Assembly (NCBI GenBank): GCA_965198175.1
Contig: OZ240245.1
Span: 64,001-128,000, forward strand
DNA length: 64,000 bases
Source of the DNA: Candidatus Poribacteria bacterium
GTDB lineage: Bacteria > Poribacteria > WGA-4E > PCPOR2b
Reading direction: 5' to 3'
Shown here in pieces: positions 9,075 through 17,421 of the stretch. Each line of letters opens with the position of its first letter. Within the stretch, counting starts at the first letter, position 1. Under the pieces are notes generated by a model. It was not told the origin of the DNA. It saw nothing but the letters and a program-made list of their open reading frames with translations, and did not search any database. The translations under genes were made by a program, and so were the position numbers.

Positions 9075-9498
9075 TAGGGATTGTCGTTTTAATTATGCAG
9101 TTTTCTGCCTGTGAGCATATCGCCCAGGTATTGTCCGATGACGATTCGCCTGCGGATGAACCCACGGGCCATGAGATTATTGACGCTACAACGTATGCCA
9201 TCAAAGACCTGCCAATTGAAGACATTTCAGCAGTGATTCTTGAGGGAGTCCCGATTCAGGTCAATCTCCATATCAAGGGGCACCTTACAGACAGTTGCAC
9301 AACGATTCATCAGACGACAGAGTGGCGACAAGACAATGCAATCCATGTTCAAATTACGACTAAACGTCCTATTGACTTGGTGTGCGCCACTGTAGTTACT
9401 GAAATCGAACACATCGTACCTCTTGGAGCATTTGATCCGGGCGAGTATCAGGCAATTGTCAACGGATTCGTCATCAATTTTACGGTAAATTAGCTCTC

Positions 9499-9598
9499 GT
9501 AGGTTGGGTGGAGTGGATTTGATGAGCAGAGAAAACTATCGCGCTTCCTATTCGGTCACTTGATCTATTCGCTCAGTTGATCGCTCAACCCAACCTAC
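9499..9598. repeat. REPIN-like element between convergent genes
   Basis: GTAGGTTGGGTGGAG...CTCAACCCAACCTAC. Confidence 0.75.
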
Positions 9599-9612
9599 CT
9601 TGTTGACCCGAG

Positions 9613-10308
9613 TTATTCCGGCATCCGTAACCTACCACCTTTATTATCGATCGTCTCGACAAAACCACCATTTTCATTGATATACACCCAACTTTGCCTA
9701 TCTCTACCACGCGCGGCGACACGACCGCCATGTTCATTGCAACCGAGAGCTGCTAAAGCTACATCATTTTTGCCCCACACTTCGACCAGACCACCAGATT
9801 CCTTGACAGTCAGTAGCACCGCAGCACGCCCATCTTTACCGTGCACACTGACCTGACCGCCGCCAAAAATTGGAACTTCACCGAGCATCATTATAGTTTG
9901 TCCATTCGGACGGCGCAAGGTGATATCACCGCCAACTTCACTATTAGAGATGGTCACCTCAGATAGGAACGACCCCTGTTTACCGTGCACGTCCACGTGA
10001 CCGCTATCTTCAAGGCCTAAGAGAGTCACCCCAGATTTCCCATCTGGACCGAGCACTTCGACCTGAGCGCCGCCTTCAATGATACTGAGAGACACTTGAT
10101 CTTGAACTTGACCTTGACCATCTTTACCGAGCACCGCGACTCGACCGCCATCAACGACCGTCAACCCGGTGCACTCAATGTGACCGAACTTATCCCTTTG
10201 CGCCGTGACTGGCGACGCCAGCATCCCGATTATCGTGCAAAGACACCCGAAAAAACTACCGAACCCGATATAGACTAACTTGGACTTCCAATTCTGAAGC
10301 GTAAGCAT
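9613..10308 (-). CDS. Secreted/membrane-anchored beta-repeat protein (paralog of 6322..7131)
   Basis: Identical SPVTAQRDKFGHIECTGLTVVDGG core and RMPE end; GGAGG RBS. Confidence 0.8.
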   Translation of the reverse strand: MLTLQNWKSKLVYIGFGSFFGCLCTIIGMLASPVTAQRDKFGHIECTGLTVVDGGRVAVLGKDGQGQVQDQVSLSIIEGGAQVEVLGPDGKSGVTLLGLEDSGHVDVHGKQGSFLSEVTISNSEVGGDITLRRPNGQTIMMLGEVPIFGGGQVSVHGKDGRAAVLLTVKESGGLVEVWGKNDVALAALGCNEHGGRVAARGRDRQSWVYINENGGFVETIDNKGGRLRMPE

Positions 10309-10394
10309 TATGTTTCCTCCTTGTGTGGTTAGTGGAGAGTGGTGAGCAAAGGCTTTAAACTAGCCACTGGATACTCTACACACCTTTACTTAAC

Positions 10395-10423
10395 ATAATA
10401 CAAGACAAATCGCTATATGTCAA
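10395..10423 (-). promoter_or_regulatory. Sigma70 promoter, module copy 3
   Basis: TTGACA-17 bp-TATTAT. Confidence 0.75.
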
Positions 10424-10482
10424 CTCTAAATGTAAAAGCAGTTGCCAGTGCCCCGTTTTTTTCTGACCACTGCTTTTAGATC

Positions 10483-10678
10483 GTAGGTTGGGTGGAGTGG
10501 ATGTGATGAGCGGAGAAAACTGAAGAAGACTATCGCACTCGCTATTCGCTCGCTTGATCCTGTTAGGACGCTTGATCGTTGGGTTTCGCTTCATCCAACA
10601 ATTCTCGAACTCAATTAACCAACAAACCGATTCGTCATAATCCACCTGTTTCAACCTCATCGCTCAACCCAACCTACA
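10483..10678. repeat. REPIN-like element
   Basis: Same termini; left ~80 bp near-identical to the 6103 and 7315 copies. Confidence 0.75.
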
Positions 10679-10712
10679 AAAACTATAAGACTTGCGGTCA
10701 GAGAAAAACTAC

Positions 10713-10741
10713 TTGACACTTGGGGTGTTAGGTTGTATAAT
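10713..10741 (+). promoter_or_regulatory. Perfect consensus sigma70 promoter
   Basis: TTGACA-17 bp-TATAAT upstream of 10809. Confidence 0.8.
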
Positions 10742-10808
10742 TCATGTTATGAGATACATGTTGCTTTGGTGAGGTTTACTAAAATCATAAATTCAACAAG
10801 AGAGAGTT

Positions 10809-11835
10809 ATGACAATGGAGAAAAGAACTAGGAACGGCAATAAGAGCATAGAACTTAGACACGATCAACTTATCTTTAGATTTCCGGAGGTACACAGTGA
10901 AGCCGAACTGTTAATTGACTTCCAGCGGACGCTGCGGATTCCGGACGACAACCGCGCATATGATTTGCCGCCGGGCTTAGGAAGGTTCCCGCTGAGTCGC
11001 GTGGACGACTACCCGGATAACTTGCCGGACACATGGAACCAACATGGCGGGGTGTTTTTGCCGATGTACCAAGCGGAGGCGCTGTGGATAAATTTTCATG
11101 CTGGCTATCCGATGGCTGTGAAGATAGCAGCGGGCAAAGTCAACGCGATAACCGGAAAGGCGTGGAAGAAGGAGCTCCGCAGCGAGCCGCAAGATTACCT
11201 AGTTGTACCGGGTCAGGAGTGGTTGGACGGGTTTTGCGTTGAGAAGGGCTTAATCCGACAGTTTGTAGCGATGCCGCTGGGCGAGGGCTACACAGTGGAG
11301 GAGCAGTTAACGGGAGAGGCGGAGCACGGCGGGATCCAGATTGCGGTCTATCCTATGAAGCGGGCTGTATACGAGGAAAAGTTTGGGTTCCCCGAGGCAT
11401 GCCGCATAGAGAATCCGAGCGAACTACCTATTAGTGTGTAGGGAAAAATTGCCAGAGATGGGATTGGCACCCGGCGGTTTGATGCGGCAGGAGATTTACG
11501 AGGACGAACACGGCATTGATGCGTGGGATACGTCGCACTGCTCCCGTAGCTTCGTGCATATCGTCAATAGTGTGGATTTCTTTAAGATAACGGGCTGCGA
11601 GCCCCCAGGGAAGCCACAGACAGCTCAGGATTACACAAATGCAGGACTGCCTTGGTTCGAGTACTACGGAGGCGACCTAATAGCCCTGGAAGGGGCGAAG
11701 GAGTTGACAGAGCTAGACAGTGTAGCTTCCGTAAAACTAAAGAAGGGGGAAGGCTTCCTCCCGGACAATGATCCGGTGACGCCGGCGGTGGTGAAGAAGT
11801 TGAAACGATCGATCGTCAGGGAAGGGGTATTCTAA
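10809..11835 (+). pseudogene. Conserved hypothetical gene (FQRTLRIPDD...LPPGLG...PMYQAEALW...MGLAPGG family) split into 10809..11441 and 11434..11835
   Basis: The two ORFs carry consecutive motifs of what I recall as a single-chain family; frame change near 11430-11441. Confidence 0.6.
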
Positions 11836-11905
11836 GGCAGGATGTTCGAGATTCTTCGGCATTGGCTGCAGGGAACGGCGACGAACGCTAGACGAGAGTT
11901 GTATC

Positions 11906-12811
11906 ATGAATCAAAGGAAGGAATCAGATTCAGTTTTGCAAATTGACGTGGGCACGGGAGAGGTAGTACGAGCGAACGTGTCGGACAATACACTTAAGGC
12001 GTATGAGCACGCGAGCCGAAAGCTGGAAAGCTGGCTAGAAGGGCGCAGGCTCACGGACGCTGTGCTGGCGGAATATGTCCGTTTTCTCTCTGCGGAGGGG
12101 AAGTCGCCGGCGACAATCAACCTTGTCGTGGCTGCGGTCAAGTGGATGGCTGTGCACCAGGGGGCTGATTACGAAGTTGGACCAATCAGCACGCGCACGC
12201 TTTCTGAAATCCGCATCGAAGGCAAAACGCGCGGTCGTCGTCAGGCAGACGGGCTCACGTGGGATGAAGTGGAGCGGATGTGCGCCGCCGCGGAATCGTC
12301 AGACACAACAGCGGGCTTGCGGGACGCCGCTATGATTAGCCTGATGAGCGATTGCCTGCTGCGCATCTCGGAGGCGGTTGCTGTCAATGTGGAAGATGTT
12401 AAGCCAGAGGGGCTTCTGCTTCAAAGGGACGAGGGGGAGCAGGCGGACGACGCGCTGTACATCTGCGAAGCTACCCGGCAGTTGATAGAACGCTATCGTA
12501 GGCGGGCAGGGATTGAGTCGGGCGCGTTGTTCCGGAGGATACGCTACTACAAGCATGTAACTAAGGATCGGCTTGGCGTGAAGGGGGCTCGTGAAGCGAT
12601 ACGGCGGTGGGCGAGGGAAGCGGGCATTGACGGAGCCATCAGCGGGCATTCGCTTCGTATGGGTTCTGCACTTTCGCTCGCTGAGGCTGGAGCAAGCGTG
12701 AAGGAGGTGCAACGGGCTGGTCGTTGGCAAGATTTGACGATGCCGGCGCGGTATGTGAGGGAAGCGCCCGCAGAAGAGAGCCCGGTGGAGAAGTATAAGG
12801 ATGGGAAGTAA
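11906..12811 (+). CDS. Cre-like tyrosine recombinase
   Basis: N-terminal SAM-like segment (NTLKAY), RDAA...LLRISE, GHSLRMG, GRW and ARY motifs. Confidence 0.85.
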   Translation: MNQRKESDSVLQIDVGTGEVVRANVSDNTLKAYEHASRKLESWLEGRRLTDAVLAEYVRFLSAEGKSPATINLVVAAVKWMAVHQGADYEVGPISTRTLSEIRIEGKTRGRRQADGLTWDEVERMCAAAESSDTTAGLRDAAMISLMSDCLLRISEAVAVNVEDVKPEGLLLQRDEGEQADDALYICEATRQLIERYRRRAGIESGALFRRIRYYKHVTKDRLGVKGAREAIRRWAREAGIDGAISGHSLRMGSALSLAEAGASVKEVQRAGRWQDLTMPARYVREAPAEESPVEKYKDGK

Positions 12812-13291
12812 AATTGGGATTTGAGAGGAGTTGAAATGGGTAATCAGAATGTGCTGCAACGGAGAAAAAGAAAGGTCCTAACAATTTTAACAAGGGTACA
12901 ATTGAGGCTTATACGAAAGGAGTTTAATATGCCATCAGAATTACCGCCCCGAACAAACTATTGTGTTACGTTGTAGCAATGCCAGCGAATGAATTCCTAC
13001 AATTCGAGCGCCTAGCCCTGATGAAGCTATGCAATCGTCCAGGCGCCGATGAACAGCCAACTGAATGAAGCATGTAAAAAAAAATGCGAAATCGTGCAAT
13101 AACGCGATAAAACGTGATAAATAGCGGATTGGAAAAGCAGGTCAGATGATCGAGATTGGAAGTTCCCTTCTGTTCGAGAGCTAACAAAAGCGTTGGGTTT
13201 CGCTAGGCGTCTGCACGAAAGAGGGTGTAGTTTGGATGGCAGAACGTGCACCGTTGTTGATTCTGGAGGTAAAGACTATCGCCTTCACTAT

Positions 13292-13777
13292 TCACTCAGT
13301 TGATCCCCATATCCCCTTTTTTGCGGCTTGTGCTTCTCGTTGCGCTTTGAGGAATCGCTTATGTTCGTGAAAGTTGTCACCGTATACACGTCCGAATCCA
13401 CCCCTTACGATTTCGAGATTGACGAATTGATTATCGGATGTACGATAGACGAACGCAAGCAGACGCCCGTACCGATCCCGCCTCTGACGCCCAAAGCGGA
13501 GGACGACTTTTTCACCCTGAAGAAGCCTCTTCGTGAATTCGGTAGCTTCTGCGCCGAACGGCTCCGGCGGTCTGTCTGGGTGCACCGTCTCTGGCGTGTC
13601 GACGCCGATGAGCCGTATCGATTCTTTCTTCCCGCCGTAGCAAATCTTTATTGTGTCGCCATCGACGACGCCCAGAACGACGTAACCCGATGTTTTGTTA
13701 TTGCAACCTAGTCGGATACCTATGCCGAGGGCGACGACAAGCGCCACGAATAGAATCCAACCGCATCCCTTTTTCAT
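13292..13777 (-). CDS. Thermonuclease (SNase-like) with N-terminal membrane anchor
   Basis: VVDGDT, IRLIGVDTPE, DRYGRLLAFV, AQAAKKGIW. Confidence 0.9.
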   Translation of the reverse strand: MKKGCGWILFVALVVALGIGIRLGCNNKTSGYVVLGVVDGDTIKICYGGKKESIRLIGVDTPETVHPDRPPEPFGAEATEFTKRLLQGEKVVLRFGRQRRDRYGRLLAFVYRTSDNQFVNLEIVRGGFGRVYGDNFHEHKRFLKAQREAQAAKKGIWGSTE

Positions 13778-13920
13778 GCTTCCCCACTATGTTTACGGAC
13801 GTTTTTGTGTGCGGCGAGCCCGGCTAGTCGGCATTTTGAGATGAGCCATATCTCTTATTGCTTCGGATTCGGTTAGTGTGAGCCTTGAGTTTCGCCTTTT
13901 GTGCAATGGTTTTGAAGGTT

Positions 13921-13949
13921 ATTGTGTCGAAGCGGCGGACTAATGTCAA
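13921..13949 (-). promoter_or_regulatory. Probable sigma70 promoter for the nuclease
   Basis: TTGACA-17 bp-CACAAT. Confidence 0.5.
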
Positions 13950-14150
13950 GTGGAATCATGGATTTAGTGCGAGGGTAGGTTTTGTGTTTGGCGGCAGAAC
14001 GGATTTTTCCTTGCATTATTTTCTGAGATCAAACTATACTGATGGAGAGTGATAGAAGCAGTGATTAGTGGTCAGCAAGGGCAAGACTGACCACAGACAA
14101 TTGCTTCGAAAGAAGGGACTATCAATGTCTGACAAAGGTGAACTGAGGTA

Positions 14151-15383
14151 ATGGTCGAAATTGTGAAGGCAGGGATTAAGTATACACACTTTCTGGTGAG
14201 CGTTATTGGAGTGGTGCTTTCATTGAGAGTATCGGGCGCAATGGGGGTAGATGCCGACGATGACCAAGCGGCTCGCGCCTACGACGTGAGTTTACGGGCG
14301 GCTTTCCGTCAGGAGCATGAAAAGGCGCTCACGGCTCTGAATCGCGCCATCAAGCTGGATCCATCACTAGCGGATGCGCATTATTATCTCGGTATGCTTT
14401 ACGGAGCGCGGGATGGATGGAATAAGGCGTTGGCAGCATTCCAAAACGCTACGAAGGCAGACCCTGCATATATTGAAGCCTACTGCAGAGTGGGGGAGAC
14501 TTACCTGATAGAGCTAGCGCGTGTGAATGAGGCAGTTGACCCGCTAGAGCGAGCCGTTGAGATGGACCCTCACCATGCACAGGGTCGTTCGCTTTTGGGG
14601 ACGGCTTACTTTCGCCAGAACCGCCTTAATGAGGCAATCCGTGAGCTTCAACGCGCGGTTGAACTTGATCCTTCCAGCACCGACGCCCTCTATACTCTGG
14701 GACTCGCGTACTTTCGGCAAGGGGAAATTGAGGCTGCGAGTCTGCGCTTCAAGAAGATTATTGAACTAGACCCCTTCTACGCGAAGGCGTACTTGAACCT
14801 CGGGAACTGTTTTCGCCGGATGGGTCAAGCAGAAAACGGACGCAAGGCGCTAGAGACGTTTGCGCGGCTTAGCAAGGATGAGGAACAGATAGCGCGCCTT
14901 GAGCGTTTGGTGCGCCACGACGATTCGGATGTTGAGGCGTGGTATCAGTTGGGTCGGCTTCAGGTGGCGCGAGGTCAGTGGGATACTGCTGCCGGTGCAT
15001 TCAGGAAGTGCATCGCACTCAAGCCCAATGAGGCGCAGGGCTACGATGCGCTTGGTTATCTGTATTTCCAACTGAAAGCCTATCGAAAGGCACTACAGAT
15101 ATATGATGATGTCGTTCGGCGTCATCCCAATGTTGCACAGTATCGAAACAGCCTTGGCACTGTTTATATGACGATAGGGAACTATCCTAAGGCGATTGAG
15201 CAACTAGAGGCTGCGGTTCAGTTGAGTCCTTCTGAACCTGCCTTTCATCTAAATTTGGCGCAAATGTACAAACGTGCGGGTTACAGCGCAAAAGCGGAAG
15301 AGGCGTTTCATACCTATCAACAGCTCAAGTCCCAAAAAGATGGGGGAGCGAACAGCCAGGCACGTGATAAAGCAGGCAGGTGA
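14151..15383 (+). CDS. Secreted tetratricopeptide repeat protein
   Basis: Signal-like N-terminus and many 34-aa TPR units (AxxxLG..Y...A...DP). Confidence 0.9.
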   Translation: MVEIVKAGIKYTHFLVSVIGVVLSLRVSGAMGVDADDDQAARAYDVSLRAAFRQEHEKALTALNRAIKLDPSLADAHYYLGMLYGARDGWNKALAAFQNATKADPAYIEAYCRVGETYLIELARVNEAVDPLERAVEMDPHHAQGRSLLGTAYFRQNRLNEAIRELQRAVELDPSSTDALYTLGLAYFRQGEIEAASLRFKKIIELDPFYAKAYLNLGNCFRRMGQAENGRKALETFARLSKDEEQIARLERLVRHDDSDVEAWYQLGRLQVARGQWDTAAGAFRKCIALKPNEAQGYDALGYLYFQLKAYRKALQIYDDVVRRHPNVAQYRNSLGTVYMTIGNYPKAIEQLEAAVQLSPSEPAFHLNLAQMYKRAGYSAKAEEAFHTYQQLKSQKDGGANSQARDKAGR

Positions 15384-15425
15384 GTCGGTGAGAATTCGGA
15401 TTCGGAAAGGTGAAAGAGGATAATT

Positions 15426-17186
15426 TTGTCAATGCCAATTCAGTATCATTGGGGAGTCGAAGTCTACGGGTTGTCTAAGGATGGCAGAAAATTGTTACCG
15501 CCGAACACGCGGTTGAAAACGTGTATCGCGCTGTGCTCGTTCTTGATAGTTCTGTTGAATTGCCTCAACCTGTGCGCGGACAATCATGAAATCCAGTTCG
15601 TTGATGTCACAGCGGAAGCGGGAATCGACTTTCGGCATGTGAATGGAGCAAAAGGCGACTACCATTTACCTGAAACAATTGGTTCTGGCGGGGCATTCTT
15701 TGACTACGACACCGATGGTGACCTCGACCTTTATCTCGTAAATAGCGGGGACTTAACCGGCACCGCTTCGGAAGGATTGTACACTAGCATTCTCTATCGT
15801 AACAACGGCAACGGCACATTCACGGATGTGACCGATTTATCGGGGGTGGGAAACTCTGGAAATTATGGAATGGGCGCCGCCTGCGGCGATTACGACAACG
15901 ATGGCGATCCGGATCTTTACGTGACGAATTTTGGCGCGAATGTGCTCTATCACAACAATGGAAACGGAACGTTTACAGATGTGACCGGAACTGCGGGCGT
16001 GGGAGACGCGCTGTGGGGCAGCAGCGCAATCTTTTTTGATTACGACCGCGACAGTCATCTCGACCTTTACGTCGTCAATTATGTGCGTTATTCGCTTGAC
16101 GTCTCCTATCACCCCTGCGGCGTTCATGGTATCCGGACTCACTGCCACCCGAAAAACTTTGACGGGGCGCCGGACCGCCTCTACCGCAACAATGGGGACG
16201 GCACCTTTACGGATGTCACTCAAGCAGCGGGCTTCGGCGACATTAGCGGACCGCATAGTGGAAAAGGTTTGGGCGTGGTTGCGGCAGATTTCAACAATGA
16301 CGGCGAGCCAGATCTTTATGTCGCCAACGACGACACTCCGAACTTTCTGTTCTACAACAACGGAGACGGTACGTTTTCGGAGATGGGACTTCTAGCGGGC
16401 TGCGCCTTTAGCTTTGACGGTGTGGCTCAAGCGGGAATGGGGGTTGATGCTGGGGATTTCAATGGTGATGGGTTACTTGACATTTTTGTCACGAACCTTT
16501 CGCATGAGACAAACGCACTTTACCGGAACAATGGCGATGGGACATTTTCTGATATGGTTTATGAGGCGAATCTAGGAAAGGAGAGCTACCTATTTGTGGG
16601 ATTCGGCACGCGGTTTTTCGATTACGACAACGACGGTCACTCGGATATCTTCATCGCGAATGGGCATATTATCGAGGCTATTGCTCAAGTAACGGACGTT
16701 CTCACCTACGCGCAGCGGAATCAACTGTTTCATAACAACGGCGACGGTACATTTACGGAGGCGTCATTCGAATCCGGAGCGTATTTCCGCCGCGAAGGTG
16801 TCAGCCGCGGGGCAATCTTTGGGGATTATGACAACGACGGAGACATCGACATCGCCGTGACGCAGTCGAATCAGCCGGCAGAATTGCTGCGTAACGAAGG
16901 GGGCAATCGCCGCAACTGGGTACGGATTAAGTTGGTGGGGGTAGTCAGTAATCGGGACGGTATTGGTGCTCGGGTAACGGTGACAGTAGGCTCTCAATCG
17001 CAGTTGCAAGAGGCACACACCGGGTTGAGTTATCTGTGCAGCAACGACCCGCGGGTACTCTTTGGACTAGGCGATCATACAAGCATTGATCGTCTTGAAA
17101 TTCGTTGGCCAAGTGGGATTGTGCAGGTGTTGGAAAATGTCGAAGCAAATCGGGAAATTGTTGTGGTGGAGAAGGGCGGTGAGTAG
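15426..17186 (+). CDS. CRTAC1/ASPIC-UnbV family FG-GAP repeat protein (start uncertain)
   Basis: Repeated DYDNDGDxDLYV / NNGDGTFTDVT motifs; C-terminal NRDGIGARV...FGLG...IRWPSG. Confidence 0.9.
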   Translation: MSMPIQYHWGVEVYGLSKDGRKLLPPNTRLKTCIALCSFLIVLLNCLNLCADNHEIQFVDVTAEAGIDFRHVNGAKGDYHLPETIGSGGAFFDYDTDGDLDLYLVNSGDLTGTASEGLYTSILYRNNGNGTFTDVTDLSGVGNSGNYGMGAACGDYDNDGDPDLYVTNFGANVLYHNNGNGTFTDVTGTAGVGDALWGSSAIFFDYDRDSHLDLYVVNYVRYSLDVSYHPCGVHGIRTHCHPKNFDGAPDRLYRNNGDGTFTDVTQAAGFGDISGPHSGKGLGVVAADFNNDGEPDLYVANDDTPNFLFYNNGDGTFSEMGLLAGCAFSFDGVAQAGMGVDAGDFNGDGLLDIFVTNLSHETNALYRNNGDGTFSDMVYEANLGKESYLFVGFGTRFFDYDNDGHSDIFIANGHIIEAIAQVTDVLTYAQRNQLFHNNGDGTFTEASFESGAYFRREGVSRGAIFGDYDNDGDIDIAVTQSNQPAELLRNEGGNRRNWVRIKLVGVVSNRDGIGARVTVTVGSQSQLQEAHTGLSYLCSNDPRVLFGLGDHTSIDRLEIRWPSGIVQVLENVEANREIVVVEKGGE

Positions 17187-17221
17187 ACTTGGCACCCCCT
17201 TGTTAAGGGAGTGAGTGCTTG

Positions 17222-17342
17222 TATTCGGTCAGTAGATCGCTCATCCCTACCTACAGACTATCGCACTCCCTGTTCGGTCGCTTGATTTCAATCCACCCTA
17301 CAAGAACTAAGACTATCGCCCTCCCTATCCGGTCGGTTGATC
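17222..17342. repeat. Degenerate REP halves plus two GACTATCGC...TTGATC units
   Basis: Units at 17256-17287 and 17311-17342; CCCTACCTACA and CCACCCTACA REP-like ends. Confidence 0.6.
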
Positions 17343-17379
17343 CCGTTAGTAAGGGGGAGGATTTTTGGATGTAGATAGG

Positions 17380-17412
17380 AGAAACCGAGTTTTTTGAAAA
17401 AACTCGGTTTCT
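17380..17412. repeat. 33-bp palindrome AGAAACCGAGTTT-TTTGAAA-AAACTCGGTTTCT
   Basis: Perfect IR; second copy at 19892-19925. Confidence 0.8.
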
Positions 17413-17421
17413 GCTGCTTGT

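Larger units (their letters stand above)
8216..9493 (+). pseudogene. Lipoprotein gene interrupted by the IS within its signal peptide
   Basis: AAGGAGG RBS, TTG at 8216 (MNIRRFTTLASIL). Removing the IS and one TA restores the frame to GIVVLIMQFSAC (lipobox-like)...FTVN*. Confidence 0.8.

Noticed and set aside
8945..9493. 182-aa ORF as an independent gene
   Set aside because: Its N-terminal part is out-of-frame IS sequence; the real gene begins at 8216 and is interrupted.
6322..10308. Diversity-generating retroelement behind the variable paralogs
   Set aside because: No reverse transcriptase and no template/variable repeat pair differing only at adenines.
10376..10660. 94-aa ORF
   Set aside because: It lies wholly within the REPIN and promoter module.
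5141..10678. CRISPR array or classical integron attC array
   Set aside because: Repeats are 1-2 kb apart with no uniform spacers, there are no cas genes, no consistent RYYYAAC/GTTRRRY attC ends, and the recombinase lacks IntI features.
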